Part shown: positions 1 to 13,948 of the stretch, piece after piece
Position numbering within the stretch: the first letter of the stretch is position 1
Layout: every line of letters starts with the position of its first letter
NCBI RefSeq assembly: GCF_006345805.1
Contig: NW_021834238.1
Location: forward strand, 7,126-71,125
Reading direction: 5' to 3'
DNA from: Octopus sinensis
Taxonomy: Eukaryota
DNA length: 64,000 nt
Position numbers and translations under genes: made by a program
Notes under the pieces: model-generated
What the model saw: the letters and a program-made list of their open reading frames with translations, nothing else
Databases searched by the model: none
What the model was told of the DNA's origin: nothing

Positions 1-57
1 GGGACTGAACACGGAACCATGTGGTTGGGGTGGAAGGTTCTTACAACTACACCTGCG
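1..57 (-). mobile_element. SINE family B (CORE-like, tRNA-derived), 5' head, cut by the window edge
   Basis: Reverse complement reads ...ccaaccacatggttccgtgttcagtccc, matching the head of the full copy at 27441. Confidence 0.7.
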
Positions 58-65
58 AGACTATG

Positions 66-97
<32 letters not shown>

Positions 98-137
98 AAG
101 AGGGAGAGAGAGATACAAATGTGTGAATATATATTTA

Positions 138-176
<39 letters not shown>

Positions 177-681
177 TATATAAATTTGATCTGGTCCAAT
201 TCAGAGATCTTGAAATGAATTGATACTGATACTACAACTCCTATGTTTAGAAAAACGACTACAAACCATTGAGAAATATTCCATGATATTTCTTCACTAT
301 CAACAAAAGGTATCCAAATGTCATGCAAATCACTACGTCGTCTTACAAGCTGAAAGATACATTTATCTATGAATTATATACATATATGTAATTGTCCACT
401 ATGGCCGCCGAGACTGCTAGATCACGTGTTTTCTGCCTTTCTAGATATTGACAATCACTAACATCTGCGGCTAGACATACCAGCCGATTCCACAGTCCGC
501 GATACATATAGAATCTCAGTATCTATTCAGGCACTAATATCGCAAAAACACAGTGAGGTTATAAGAAAATTAATAGAGCCAGGAGCTGTATCATTCCCAC
601 AAGTTAATGTTTACCTTACACTTAATGTTTATATGCATAAACATATATGTATGTATATTTGTATGTATGAACGTACGTATG

Positions 682-731
<50 letters not shown>

Positions 732-1099
732 CGCGCGTGTGTGTGTGTGTATGTATGTGTGTGTATATGTATATAATGTATATATTTATACATACATACG
801 TACATATGCAGACATATATATATATGAATATACAAAATATCTACGTAACTGTATACGTGTATCTTTGTACGTGCATGCGTATATAAGAGATCAGGCAACG
901 ATAAGAATGCCGATGAACGAATATTTACTATACATATCGAATTAAATCTGTGTAAATAAATTTAATGTGAGGTCGCGCAGGTTAATAACTTAGAAATTTA
1001 TGTAAAGAGACATTTAAATATTCTAGAATTTAAAGCATGTTAATATCATTAAGATTTAGATTTAATAACTTTTCTACTGCCCAAAAGGATGTAACCATG

Positions 1100-1233
1100 A
1101 ATTATTATCATTGTTATTATTATTGGTGTTGTTGTTGCTGTTGTTATTATTATTATTATATTATTATTATTATATTATTATTATTATCATCATCATCATC
1201 ATTATGATTATTATTATATTATTATTATTATTA

Positions 1234-1273
<40 letters not shown>

Positions 1274-1325
1274 GTTGTTGTTATTATTATTATCGTTACT
1301 ATTGTTGTTGTTGCTATTATTGTAT
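1100..1325. repeat. (TAT/TGT/CAT)n trinucleotide microsatellite
   Basis: Directly visible degenerate ATT/GTT/CAT repeat. Confidence 0.95.
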
Positions 1326-2008
1326 GAGATTTGCGTTCTTTCCGTCCATTTCTTGTTAATATTGATTTAAGTTTTTTTGGAAGTATATAACTGATTAAGT
1401 GAATTGTGTGGTTCCGAATACATAATTCGGCTCGTATGTTTGAGATTAAATGATTTTCGCAGTAATTTTAATGTGTTTGAATTCAGAGAAGTTAAAATGA
1501 GTTGATGCGTATACTACAACACCTATTAATAATAAACGAAAAAAGACAATTGCAGGACATTTCATGATACTCCTTTACTGGCAAGAAATGGTTTCTTAAT
1601 ACCACTTAAATAACACACAATTATGTCAGTCGTGGAAAGACATTTTTAATGTCTGAATAAAATAAAATATATTTCACAGCCGAAGTGATTTTGGTCGCAC
1701 TTCAGCTCAAATAAATCTTAATTAAATCACATCTCACTGTTTTCCAAATAATTAGAGAGCATTTGGTAACGTTGTTCTTGATAAAGTGAAAAAGAATGAC
1801 GTGATTATCATGAGAAATATATTACTGATAATAAGAATGCTTGAAAAGAAATTATCCACTGCTTAAAAATAATAAATCAAATGAAAATAACAAAATATAA
1901 CAAAAACATGCAAAATTCTATATCATATACTTCCAGATGGGACCATGGTCCACTGGATTGGCATTAATGGCTAGGCCTTCAGTGATTTTATTTAGTTTTT
2001 CTTTCGAA

Positions 2009-2236
2009 CAGTGATACTCAACCAATTTTACCTATGGATTTCTTTGATTCCTATTTTACTCAAATGAACTATCCTAGTCATACGATATTTTTATAATTGA
2101 ATATTATTAGGAACTGTAGAAAATTGTTAAAATATTTGCTGTATTTAAGGAGTATAACCAATTTATTGCCCATAAAGTTTAACAAAATCTTATATGGACA
2201 CAAAAGATTCATATGGACACCGATTGAGAACCACTG
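2009..2236. mobile_element. hAT (Charlie-like) MITE, decayed
   Basis: Ends CAGTGATACTCAACC and GATTGAGAACCACTG are imperfect inverted CAGTGGTTCTCAA-type TIRs; the flanking 8-mers ctttcgaa and acttagaa match at 5/8 (degenerate TSD). Confidence 0.6.
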
Positions 2237-3944
2237 ACTTAGAATACTAAAGAATACTTTAGAGATATTAGTAACGACACGTAACACTATGCCACACCGT
2301 CTTTCCTTTTTCTTCTTTTCCCTGTTCATTACGGTTACCTATATCCCAGACTTCATTTAGAGAATTTATCCTTTTATTATTTTACATAGGTTAAGATTAC
2401 ATTGCGATTTTGGAATTAGAAATATTTTTATCGTCCATCGCTTGTGTTTTTAATGTGCTATGTCTATGAGGTACATTGGTATTTTCTTCAATAATAATAT
2501 TATGCAAATTTATCTATAAGTCTATATTCGGGTATTTTCCTGAACTAAACAGCGGAGTTTAATCCATTTGCTATATTTAGCACTCAGTTGTGCTTGTGTT
2601 CGATTACTGAGAGGTTTTATGTGGTTACACATCAATTGTTCATCTTTGTCTGATCTCCAGTTTACTTTATCTGTTGACATTCGGATCTCCTGAGGTTCGA
2701 TGTTTATTACAAGGCATATTGGTGATTGTTATGTATATTTATTGGAAGTTGAATAAAAGGTTAATAAAGTGTCATATATCAATTTATAAATCCTTCCTTC
2801 TAATATGGTTTGCATTTACCATATGATACAAAGGATAATGTACACCTCTAAGATAATTCAATACAGCTGTTTGCATCTCCACAGTGGTAGATATGATCAA
2901 TATGCTTTCAGTGAAATGATTTTATACCTAAAAGTTACACGCCTCTGATGATTTAACAATACGACTTGCTGCAGTTTACATAATAACCTTGTGTTCCAGA
3001 ACCACACGTAAATGGTGTAACTAAGAAACATATAAACAATCTCCCGTATTTTGTTTTATTTTCTACGTGTGTTATTTCTAAATAGCCAAACACTCGTTTT
3101 GTAAGGGATGTTGAACAGGAATACATATAGCGTGCTGAATACTTGTTACATCTGGCTTAATAAAAAATTGAGATTTCCCTGGAAGAATATATATACACAT
3201 ATAAATATGATCCGCCTGCACAGCTCTAGTGCATCAGGCTATTTATGTATTGCGTGTATGTGAGTGTGTGCGTGTATGTATACAAACACATAGATGTATA
3301 CACTGCACCATTTATCGAGTACAAAGCATATTTGAACGCATATGTGTGTGTGCAGCTATAGTGTGTGAGTGTGCAGATGCAATATATGTGAATGCAGAGG
3401 GTCGAACGTCTGAGATATGGCTAAAATATTGATATTACACTAAAATCTTCATATGTTATGTACTTATAATTCCTGTTCGACTTCAACTTTGATTCCTTTT
3501 TGTAACGTTATACAGAAACCTTTATCTTAGCAGTTAACATTTTTCATTTAACTTGGCATATGTCACTTGTCTTGTCAGACATATTTCTCTTGATCGTAAC
3601 ATTTGCTTCAGCTGTTTTCTTTCTCTTTTCTTTCATTTTTTTTATTGTTTTCTTATTACTCTTCTTCAGAATATTCCCACCCGGGTTTGGCATTCAATAA
3701 AAGGTTTCTAATAGATTTCACACCTAATCTTGGCAGTTTGCCTGCATATTCTTCGACGTTAAAGACCCATTTTGCTTCATTGTTGTAATTCAACAAAATA
3801 AACCATTAGAAAACAGACCCAAAAAAAATATGAGCGTAGAAAATACACAATATTCGATACTCAATTGCTTTTTTCCTAAATAGTTTTGACGTTATCTCCA
3901 TTTACTTAACTCATTACATCCATTTGTATTTCCCATCCAAACTG

Positions 3945-4008
<64 letters not shown>

Positions 4009-4125
4009 GAGGAAGAGAGAGAGAGACAAAGAGAGTGAAAGAGATACATATATAATACATATAAAATTATACATAAATATATATGCACGCGCATACACTC
4101 GCGCACACACATATATATGTGTATG

Positions 4126-4185
<60 letters not shown>

Positions 4186-4673
4186 TTCAGCAAAATTTAG
4201 ATTCAAATGAATATGGTACTTAAGTCAGATGCACCAGAATTTAGTACGGTGCTATCCACATAAATCCATGGGTTAATTATAATCAAAATAAGTAACAAGA
4301 ATATCTTCGGTAATTTGGTAAGATCGAACCAAATCGATATATATATATATATAATTGTAAGAAAGAGAGATTGAGGATTTGATGCACTTCGAAGAATACA
4401 TCCTCGGACGAGTTGTGAATGAAGATTCAATACTTAACAAAAAGAGAAAAATCAAATTATGCATTGCTGCCTTACGTTGTTGTTAATACATTCGGACATC
4501 ACACCCGACTGGTTTGGAGCTCGACCCTACTACGTGACGTCGTATGTAGCATTCTCGAACAATCTGCCGCTGACCAAATGTTTTATTGTTTTATTGTAAT
4601 ATTTTTTAGTGACTATGACTTGCTGGAGGTACTATTGCAAGATATATTTTTATATACTCCTAAGTACCTGTAG

Positions 4674-4750
4674 TGGAGGCACATGGCTTAGTGGTTAGAT
4701 CAACGGACTCGGGGTCGAGGGATCGCGGGTTCGAATTTCAGATCGGGCGA
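4674..4750 (+). mobile_element. SINE family C (tRNA-derived) head fragment
   Basis: TGGAGGCACATGGCTTAGTGGTTAG A-box and GGTTCGAATTTC B-box; same head as 34372. Confidence 0.7.
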
Positions 4751-4788
4751 AGTGTAGTACAACACGGTAGGTGGTGGGTTCAAATATT

Positions 4789-4980
4789 AAGGCGGCGAGC
4801 TGGAAGAAACGTTAGCACGCCGGGCGAAATGCTTAGAGATATTTCGTCTGTTTACATGTTCTCAGTTCAAATTCTGTCGAGGTCGACTTTGCCTTTCATC
4901 CTTTCAGGGGCGATAAATTAAGCACCGGTTGTGTACTGGTGTCAAACTAATTGACTGGTCCCCTCTAGTGTAGAAAAGAA
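4789..4980 (+). mobile_element. SINE family A, tail type ii
   Basis: AAGGCGGCGAGCTGG head, AGTTCAAATT B-box and GTCGACTTTGCCTTTCATCCTTTC body shared with many copies in the window. Confidence 0.85.
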
Positions 4981-5159
4981 TAAGTAGGATTAGCTGTTCA
5001 TGTCATATGTCAGAGAATGGCATCAAATACACTAGATACTTCAAAGTACTTCAAAGGAATATAATCGAATATGATGCCTGCCAAGAATGTGTGACCGTTT
5101 GTCAAAATTGGATATCATTGTTTTCATTACAACTATTAGCTGCTTTCATTTAGCACCAG

Positions 5160-5334
5160 AAACTTAGCAAACTATGGCACAAGGCCAGGTAAGTCGATTA
5201 TATTGTCTCCAGTACTCAACTGGTATAAATTTTATTAGCTCCGAAAGAATGAAAGGCAAAGTTGCAATTTGAACTCAGAGCGTAAAAACGGCTGTGCCAG
5301 CTCACCACTGCCTTACCAGAACTTTAGTTTTGGC
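5160..5334 (-). mobile_element. SINE family A, internally deleted and decayed
   Basis: Reverse complement carries the aaggcagtggtgagctggca head, gagttcaaatt B-box and ctttgcctttcattctttcg body. Confidence 0.7.
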
Positions 5335-6340
5335 ATACAGTTGTGAAACATTCGGGACAAAAACCAAGATTTGTTATATACTGTTAAAATATACTAGCAT
5401 GTCTAGAAAGATTTCAAAAAGCTCGTTAAAGCAACAATAACTAGAAACACTTTATTACACAAGCCTCCAGGTAATCCTGTACACAGTCGCTCAGCTTGGC
5501 AGAAATAGCAGCCATATCTACTTCCCAGTACAGACAGCTGTTTCTGAAAATGGACTTGCAATTTCGAAACAAAAATAAAAATAGGGAAGATCTATAGAAT
5601 CTTCGACCGGGGTCATTGCTCTTTACGATCAAGGCCACCATACATAAGATTCAACAATACCAGCAAGAATAACTACTTCAATATGTATAGATAAATACAG
5701 ATAAAATCTGGCTGGTTGACTTTATCGAAACAGCAGCATATTTTTTGATATGTAGTCTTACACGCACTTGGAATCAATTGGAATTGTGAAATTCCTTATA
5801 GCGCAAAAATAAAATAGGGATGGTCACACTTAGAACGACTATAAACAAAGAACAAAGATGTGCTCGACCAGAGTTAACATGGGAATAAACAAGAACAGCT
5901 GCAAAAATAGATGTGTGTGGGTATATGTATGTATGAATGTATGTTTATATATATATATATATATATATGTATGTACAAATATGTATGTAGGTATAATATA
6001 TATATATATATATATATATATCTAAATAAGCAAAAGTTATACAAAGAGAAAAAAATATATTGAGTGTGAGAGGGAAGTGTAAAGTAAGGAAAGGCTAGTG
6101 GGAGAAATGGTTTATGTGTGAACCTGTCAAAGTGAAAAACCTGTCAATGTAAGGAATAATAAATGATAGTTAAAGAAACGGGGGCAGGCAGGCTATATTT
6201 TAGTTTAAAAAGAGAAAAATTCGATATTAATGGCTAAGGTTATTTTTAGGAAAATATATTATATATAAGGGTGTATATATATATATATTATATATATATG
6301 TATATATATATATACATATATATACATGTATATATGTATG

Positions 6341-6383
<43 letters not shown>

Positions 6384-7834
6384 GTATATATACATATTAC
6401 GTATGCATATGTATGTAGGTTTGAGTTGCATGCAGGACTGAATGTAAATGCCCAAGTTCTTGTGTAGGGCTTTTACGTGTGGGTTTTTGTCAGTGCATGT
6501 GCATGCACGCACGCGCGTGTGTGTGTGTGTGTGCTTGATAGAGAGCGTGTGTAAACGCACATTTGTGCTTACGCGCCTGTGCAACTGTATGTCTCCTCGC
6601 AGGTGGTGAGAGAATGAAACTATATCATTATACGCTGAAGAACATTTTAAACTATGCTTATGTATATATATATATATTATATATTATATATATATATCTA
6701 GACACGTATACTCATATACTTATATATGTACTTGTATGTTTATATACATACATATATACATTATATTAGATTATATATATATATATATATATATATCTTA
6801 TATATATATATAATATTTATAAATATATATATATATATTATATATATAACATATATATATATAAATGTACATGTATGTATACCTACATATATAGATATAA
6901 TTTATTAATACATCAAGTTTCAGTTGAGCAGGATCAATCATACAGCACACTGTATTATAAAGCAATGAAATTTACTTTCCGAAGATGGCGTCGGAACGTG
7001 CACTATATCGCGTGAGACGCTCATGTTGATGTTTCGACCAAGTTGCAAACTGATTAGAAATAGCAGTGAAATTTTCCTGAAATTCTACTTCTAATAATTT
7101 ATGTTTTAAAAGGAGACTAACGCTTTGAAATATGCAGTTCTTCCTTGGTAATATACAGTCATATTTTTAATAAATGAAAAAATAAACATGCGAATGAGGA
7201 CGCCTGGAACATGTTCCATGGCTGCTGGGTTGTGGAGAATCATGAGATATAGCTCAGTCAATCACTGCACGTGCTTAATGAATGTTTACATGAATGTATA
7301 TTCGTATGAATACATACATGTACATATATCTATACATACATACATACATACATACATACATACATACATACATACATACATACATACATACAACATGTAT
7401 ACATATATACATGTATACATTATACATACATGCACAGGCAAAGAAAAACAGGTCAAAAGCATATGGAGATATCATCACTGGTTCTTGCTATGGTGACAGC
7501 AGGTCTATGGTGCTTATTGTGCTTCAGTAAAGCAAGTGTGTAACTTATGTTATCTCAGAAGAAAGAAAGAATTTCAATTCACACAATGCACCTCTGAATT
7601 GCATAGTCTCGGCGATATTTTCGATTGCTCACTCGTATCTTCATCAATATTTTCTTTGTTACATTAGGATTATACTGCCACCCTTTTTGTCCTTTATGTA
7701 GCTAACTTAATATCACTATTTAATAGTGATTCATACAATAATATTTAAATATACTTTAATATATATATGCATATACATAGACACACGCATATATATATAT
7801 ATATATATAAAGTTAATCTAAACATGAAAACACC

Positions 7835-8025
7835 GAGAGAAAACACAACAACGCGAGGTCGTGGAACAAGTATAGTATTATTGGACGCTTAGGAAGGAAG
7901 GGAAGAAGGAGGGTTTTAGGTTTCGAGCGGAGCTATTCGTTAGAAACATAGGAAAAGGAAAGATCCAGAGAAGGGAAGACGGAGGAAAAAAAATCGCCAA
8001 CGGTACACACGCGATCACATTTTGA
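7835..8025 (-). mobile_element. Penelope-like element terminal fragment with a degenerate hammerhead (7913-7947)
   Basis: Minus strand gttt-CTAACGA-a-tagc tcc gctc-GAAAC-cta-aaac keeps hammerhead layout with core substitutions; flanked on both sides by (TA)n. Confidence 0.4.
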
Positions 8026-9487
8026 ATATATATATATATATTATATATATATATATATATATTCACACACACATACACACTTGTCCGAGTGTGTGTGTTT
8101 GAAAAGTCTCATAAAAAAAAACAGCCTCCAATTCCGTTAGAATTGTATTTCACTAGCATTTTGATAATATTATCCATGTAGTAATGTGTGCTTGTACATA
8201 CTTTTTTAATATATGTATGCATGCGTGTATTCGTGTACCTATGCATGCATGTACGTATGTATGTAGTGATGTACATATAATAATCTACTTTATATTATTT
8301 ACATGAATGTGTGAGTAGCCACTGATCTAGTGTATATGTGGGTGTATGAATAATATCTGATTCTTACTGGGTCATTGGATAAATATCGCACAGTGTTATC
8401 TCATGTGCTACATCTCTCTATATTTCTATCGACTGTTATGCATGATGCAATGATCTGCTAAAGTGCAATCAAGTGCACCTTGCGTTTACGTATTTGTTTA
8501 GCATAGCGTTGGATGCTGGAAAGCATGTCTAATGTAATGGTATTACAGTTGTGTAGTGCGCAGCTATGCACGTCGGTAACAACGGTCATTTGAACACAGA
8601 TATAATTATTATTGTCATATTCAGTCATACAAATAGAAATAATATTCTTCTTTGTCCAGTGATAGGCTGTATATAATATTGTTGCTGTAGCCTAGCATCT
8701 GGTATTTTGTTTGAGCACAGATGTGTTACACTTTGCAACAGAAACAAAAGTAACAACGCCGGCAACACAGATGACAAAGGTTATAAGACGTAAAATTAGA
8801 TCTCGCTCTCTTCTTAAGAGTCGACGGTGAGGCGTAAGCGATGAAGAAAAAAATGTAAATGTAATGGGCGGTAGAGGTAAGAAATGTCGTAATAGTCAGT
8901 ATGAAAGATGAAACTAGATATGGGTGTAATGAAAGAGAGCATGAAGAGGGAAAATACGTTAATTATTGATTCAGTGAATACGTTTATGAAGGGGAGAAGT
9001 GGAGAAGAGTAATTCGTTGAGGTAGGATAGAATGGGTGGTCGGGGAGAGAAATTGGAAGATTCTAGAAACCATGAGAGCACGAAGATTAATCGATTGGCC
9101 GATACAGTGATAGAGCGAATAGCTGATGGTTGATAAGTAAATGAAAATAAAAAAAATGCGTTGAATACATACGACAGAAAGAAAAGAAGTGAGAAAGATA
9201 CGATGACGAACAAAAAGAATGTCCTTAGACACGTTGAAATTGATTGAGAAAACCGGAATAATGTCATATGCAAGAAAATATAAATCCATCTATAATACAT
9301 ACATATACACACATACATTCACACACTCACACACACACGCACCCATATATATATGTATATACATACATCAATATATATATATGTATTTATACATATGTGT
9401 GTGGTTGTATGTGTGTAGATATAAGTTGTGTGTGTATGTGTGTGTGTGTGTGTATATACGTACATGTATGTGCATACATTTATAAAA

Positions 9488-9518
<31 letters not shown>

Positions 9519-9969
9519 GTTTTCTATGAAACCATAAGATTATTAAATCATTCCCGCTTCCAGAGAGAGAGGAGAGAGAGAGCAGTCCACTCGCTTAATG
9601 TCAAGTGTAACGAAGTTCACATGCGAAAGGGAGATAATCACAATTATTCGCGAAAAGTGCCATGCCGTTACAGAAAATAAAAGTGTCTAAATCCAAGTGT
9701 ATAGCAGTCGCCATTTGGTACTTATTCAATACACCTCATTTTCGAAAACAATTTTCCTGCCTTATCTTCAGCAAATCAGACACATTACCATGTACAAAAA
9801 ATGTGTAAAACATTTTTATGAACTTAATCGTTTGAATAACTGGGTTCTGAGAGTTAATTGAGATCCAGTGAAATGTATGCAGACAGAACAGTAACCCTCT
9901 AAGTTTATATTTATATGAGAAATTTTCATAGCAATGAAATTTAAAATCATGTCTCTTTCGTTTCCTTTA

Positions 9970-10690
9970 TGAATCTGCTATGGGGCATGGAATGAATATA
10001 CAACGAGGCGAGTGTGGATAACAATATAGTAATAGAATGTAGTGTATTGATGGGAATATTTGGACACTGTGCAATAATGCTTTGCGGTATTCATTCCAGT
10101 TCTTTGTGTTATGAGTGCAACAAGGCGGCGAGCTGGCAGAAACGTTAAGCACGCTGGGTGAAATGCGTAGCCGTATTTCGTCTGCCGTTACGTTCTGAGT
10201 TCAAATTCCGCCGAGGTCGACTTTGCCTTTCATCCTTTCGGAGTCGATAAATTAAGTATCAGTTACGCACTGGGGTCGATGTAATCGACTTAATGCGTTT
10301 GTCTGTCCTTGTTTGTCCCCTCTATATTTAGCCTCTTGTGGGAAATAAAGAAATAAGAATGCAACATCTCCGATTACATTGATGCCAGGCTCTATCGGTT
10401 CTAAGTCAGTGGTCAGTGGTCTTTCGTTTGGATAAAATCGATGGTGTAGAGAAAGGGAAGCTTGCCTGTATGTGAAAATGGACAGTATCAAAGAATTATC
10501 GTAAATAATTATCCTTGGGATATAAGGAAAGGCTGGTGTGACAAGCGGTTTGGCTTGAACTTGAAACATTATGAATCCCATTGTTATTGTTCTGATTAAG
10601 ATCCAGATTTGTAGTTGTCAGGATTATAGCATCAAACGATCCCTTTTCTTTTAAGTCTTCTAAGACGCTAAGAAGATTTAGTGGCTAATG
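9970..10690 (-). pseudogene. Possible relic of a non-LTR retrotransposon AP-endonuclease, interrupted by a SINE
   Basis: Removing the SINE joins ...PGINVIGDV to THNTKNW (one frameshift), resembling the APE motif GDFNAH..W; upstream FDAIILTTTNL resembles DII.LTETWL. Weak, by eye. Confidence 0.3.
10122..10357 (+). mobile_element. SINE family A monomer, tail type i
   Basis: Complete head to AATAAAGAAATAAG tail; TGCAAC repeated at 10116-10121 and 10360-10365 as a probable TSD. Confidence 0.9.
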
Positions 10691-11626
10691 TAGTCTGTCA
10701 TATAGAGACTTACTTTTTACCCCCATTATTATGGAAAGAGAATAGGCATTACGACATAAATTAATCAAAAATACTGAAGTGCCGTGGTTGTGTTAAACAA
10801 TCAGCTGAAATGAAGAATTTGATTTCGAATCCTAGCTGTTTTTGTGGAGATTAATTCGTCGATATTCTCAGTGACGGCTATAAATGCTAGACAAAGCCAT
10901 TGTAGTGGGATTCCAAGAGCGATTGAAGTGAAATCTGATTTAGTCGAGGATTCTGAACGGATTTGCTATAGTGTCCAGAGGTTACACTAAATTGCACTCC
11001 GTCGATCATCACTCGAGAATCATAATCGATATCAAACAATGATGAAATAATAAGCAAGTCCTTTATTCCCTAAAGCATTGTTTCTTTTGACTTTCACATT
11101 ATCAAATATTCAACTTCAAAGTTAGCAATTCACGCCTCGGAGGGACGAATTCTCATGAAATTGTGATAAAGTCTAAAAGTGACTCTATCGTTCAAATTGA
11201 CCATTGTAAGTTCGTCTCAAGGCAAAAGATAAATCGAGTCATCTCGCCACTGATTGTTTCCAAAGTGTTCCTCAGGGAAACGCCGCGTCATGTGAAGTCT
11301 TTAATTGTGTCCAGCAGTTTCTATGTGATTAACAGTAATTACATACGAAGAAGGAATGAGATGTATTGGAGAAGTGAAACTAGGATTGAGTGAGTTTTAT
11401 GTTTATCTTCAGAAGTATTAATATAGTATGTGAATTTACATGGAGGCAGACTAGAAAGAAATTATTGCCGGAATTCGGTTTTTGTATATGGTTTAACACT
11501 AATGTAAAACTAATGCCAGCAAAAATAAAGAAATGGAATAATATGTTTAAACTTTTCTTGATTATCACATTTATTGATTACCTCTCTCAATTGAACTAAA
11601 TATTAGGACCTATAATTCACGAATAT

Positions 11627-11792
11627 AGGTGTGGCTGTGCAATAAGAAGGTTGTTTTTCAACCGTGTGGTTTCAGGTTCATTCCAACTGCATCTCAGCTT
11701 GGGCAAGTCTTTTAACAAAAGTCTCAGCCTTGTGAATGAATTTGGTAGGCGGAACCTGAAATAGTCCAGTCGTATACCTGTGCATGAGTGTG

Positions 11793-11860
<68 letters not shown>

Positions 11861-11985
11861 TGTCTTTGTGTAAAGGTTTATTCCCCATGACCGCTTCACA
11901 ATCGGTGTTGTGGTGTTTTCGTCACTATAACTTCGGTTCAGCATTAGTGACCTATAGAATACGTACCAGCCTTTACAAAAAATGC
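11627..11985 (+). mobile_element. SINE family B, decayed, with internal (TG)n
   Basis: aggtgtggctgtg head, cttgggcaagtc CORE-like motif, tttggtaggcggaac, internal TG tract; colinear with 27441. Confidence 0.8.
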
Positions 11986-12004
11986 ATTGATGCAGGGGTA
12001 GATG

Positions 12005-12127
12005 AATAGATGGATGGATGGATGGATGGATGGATGGTCGATCGATCGATAGGTAGATAGATAGATAGATACACAGACAAACAGAGAGATGGATAGATAG
12101 ATAGATCCACAGACAAACAGATAGATG

Positions 12128-12180
<53 letters not shown>

Positions 12181-12398
12181 GTTTCTTTATTGGCCACACA
12201 GGGCTGCACACAGATGGGACAAGTTACAAGGTAGAGCTTTTCTTTTGGGGGATGAAAAAAAGGGGGTGGTGTAGGTTTTCGATCAAGATGGATCGTAAAA
12301 GGGAAGAAAAGAACAAAAAAAAAGAAAAAAAGAAAAAAATAGAATAAAAAAGAAAAGAAGAAAAGAAGAAAAAAAGATAGATAGATACACAGACAAAC

Positions 12399-12489
<91 letters not shown>

Positions 12490-12490
12490 G
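12005..12490. repeat. (GATG/GATA/GACA)n tetranucleotide arrays
   Basis: Directly visible; two GATA blocks flank the LINE-tail fragment. Confidence 0.9.
12181..12305 (-). mobile_element. 3' end of a retroelement (probable LINE 3' UTR) sharing the SINE-A type-i tail
   Basis: Minus strand CTTGTCCCATCTGTGTGCAGCCCTGTGTGGCCAATAAAGAAAC aligns with the SINE-A tail TTTGTCCCCTCTATGTTTAGCCCCTTGTGGGCAATAAAGAAAT, while the upstream sequence is unrelated. Confidence 0.6.
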
Positions 12491-13106
12491 ACTCGTGTTA
12501 TAATATCTAAAGATATAATAAGCGCACAGCTCAGATTAGCGTACAAAACGTTAGGCTACCGTTCTAATCGTAGAAAATAAATGCAGCCATAAACACAAAT
12601 TTATTCCATATTTTTAAGTACATTCATGCAATGAGTGCTAATTATCACCTATACTGCAACAATTCAAAATGGAATTTAGCTGCCTGTATATTTATGTCAC
12701 TCTCCTCAAAGTATCCGGTGTGAAAAGGAAGTCGGTTTCTTAAACTAATTCGTATACTCGAACACTCAACACACAACACATAAACACGCACGCACACACA
12801 TATATAAATACACAGATACACGCTCACACACCCATGAACCATCGCGTATATATATATATATACACACACACGCACATATATATATATATATTCTTCATTT
12901 TATATAATGCCTTTACTCATATGTAATGGTGTATAAAGTATTGATTGGGTATCATCGGATAGTTGATGTTTTATTGATTTAAGTATGTTTCTCCATTCTC
13001 TAATTTTGTAGTTATATATATATACATATATATATATTATATATACTCATATATAGAGCATATATACATATATATTATATATACACACACCACACACGTT
13101 TTTTAT

Positions 13107-13159
<53 letters not shown>

Positions 13160-13619
13160 TAGGTAGATAAATAGATAGATAGATAGATAGATAGACAGAT
13201 AGATAATTCGGTTACTGTTCTATGACAAGCATTAAAAAAAGAAAAGGTGACGTGCCAGGAATAAAAAGGAAATAAAGACTATGTGTATGAATAGACTTCT
13301 GAACGTTGATGACGTTGTAATATGATGGGTATCTGAGTACGTGTGAATGAGCGAGGGATTAAATGTATTCATCTGCGTATGTAACAGGAAAGAAAGTGTG
13401 AATATAAGTACGTGAGATTACGAATAATAGTTTGCCTTACAATCTATGCAATGCATGCGGACATATCCCTATATGTCTAGGAGATATTCGGTTGGCGTGA
13501 GAGAAAGAAAATGGAGATTAGGCTTTGTGTTTGAAAAGTAGTAATTTTGTGATGCTCTAAACATACACCCATACTCAGGCACACATCATATGTATGCGTA
13601 TGTATATATTGTAAATATG

Positions 13620-13676
<57 letters not shown>

Positions 13677-13948
13677 ATAGACGTGTGTGAGTGAACGTGT
13701 ACCCATGTATGTATTTAAATATATATGTGTGCTTGTATGTATGTTTTATTTTTTGTATGAGTTGGATGGTTGGTGCGTGATTGTACGTACGGCTTAAGGT
13801 ACGCGTGTGTATTGATAGTGAAATAATATAAATATATTTATTTGTAATAAGTTCAGTTTAGTGTGTGTTGTGTATGTATTATGTATTATGTATAGATAAA
13901 TAGTTAAATAGCTAAATACATTGAAGAATACGTATATATATATATATA

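Noticed and set aside
2945-2990. CTGATGA hammerhead core
   Set aside because: No stem II and no downstream GAAA.
5441-5641. 66-aa ORF as a host exon
   Set aside because: It overlaps the GAAATAGCAGCC repeat motif that recurs at about 7057, 54677 and 57512; no recognisable protein.
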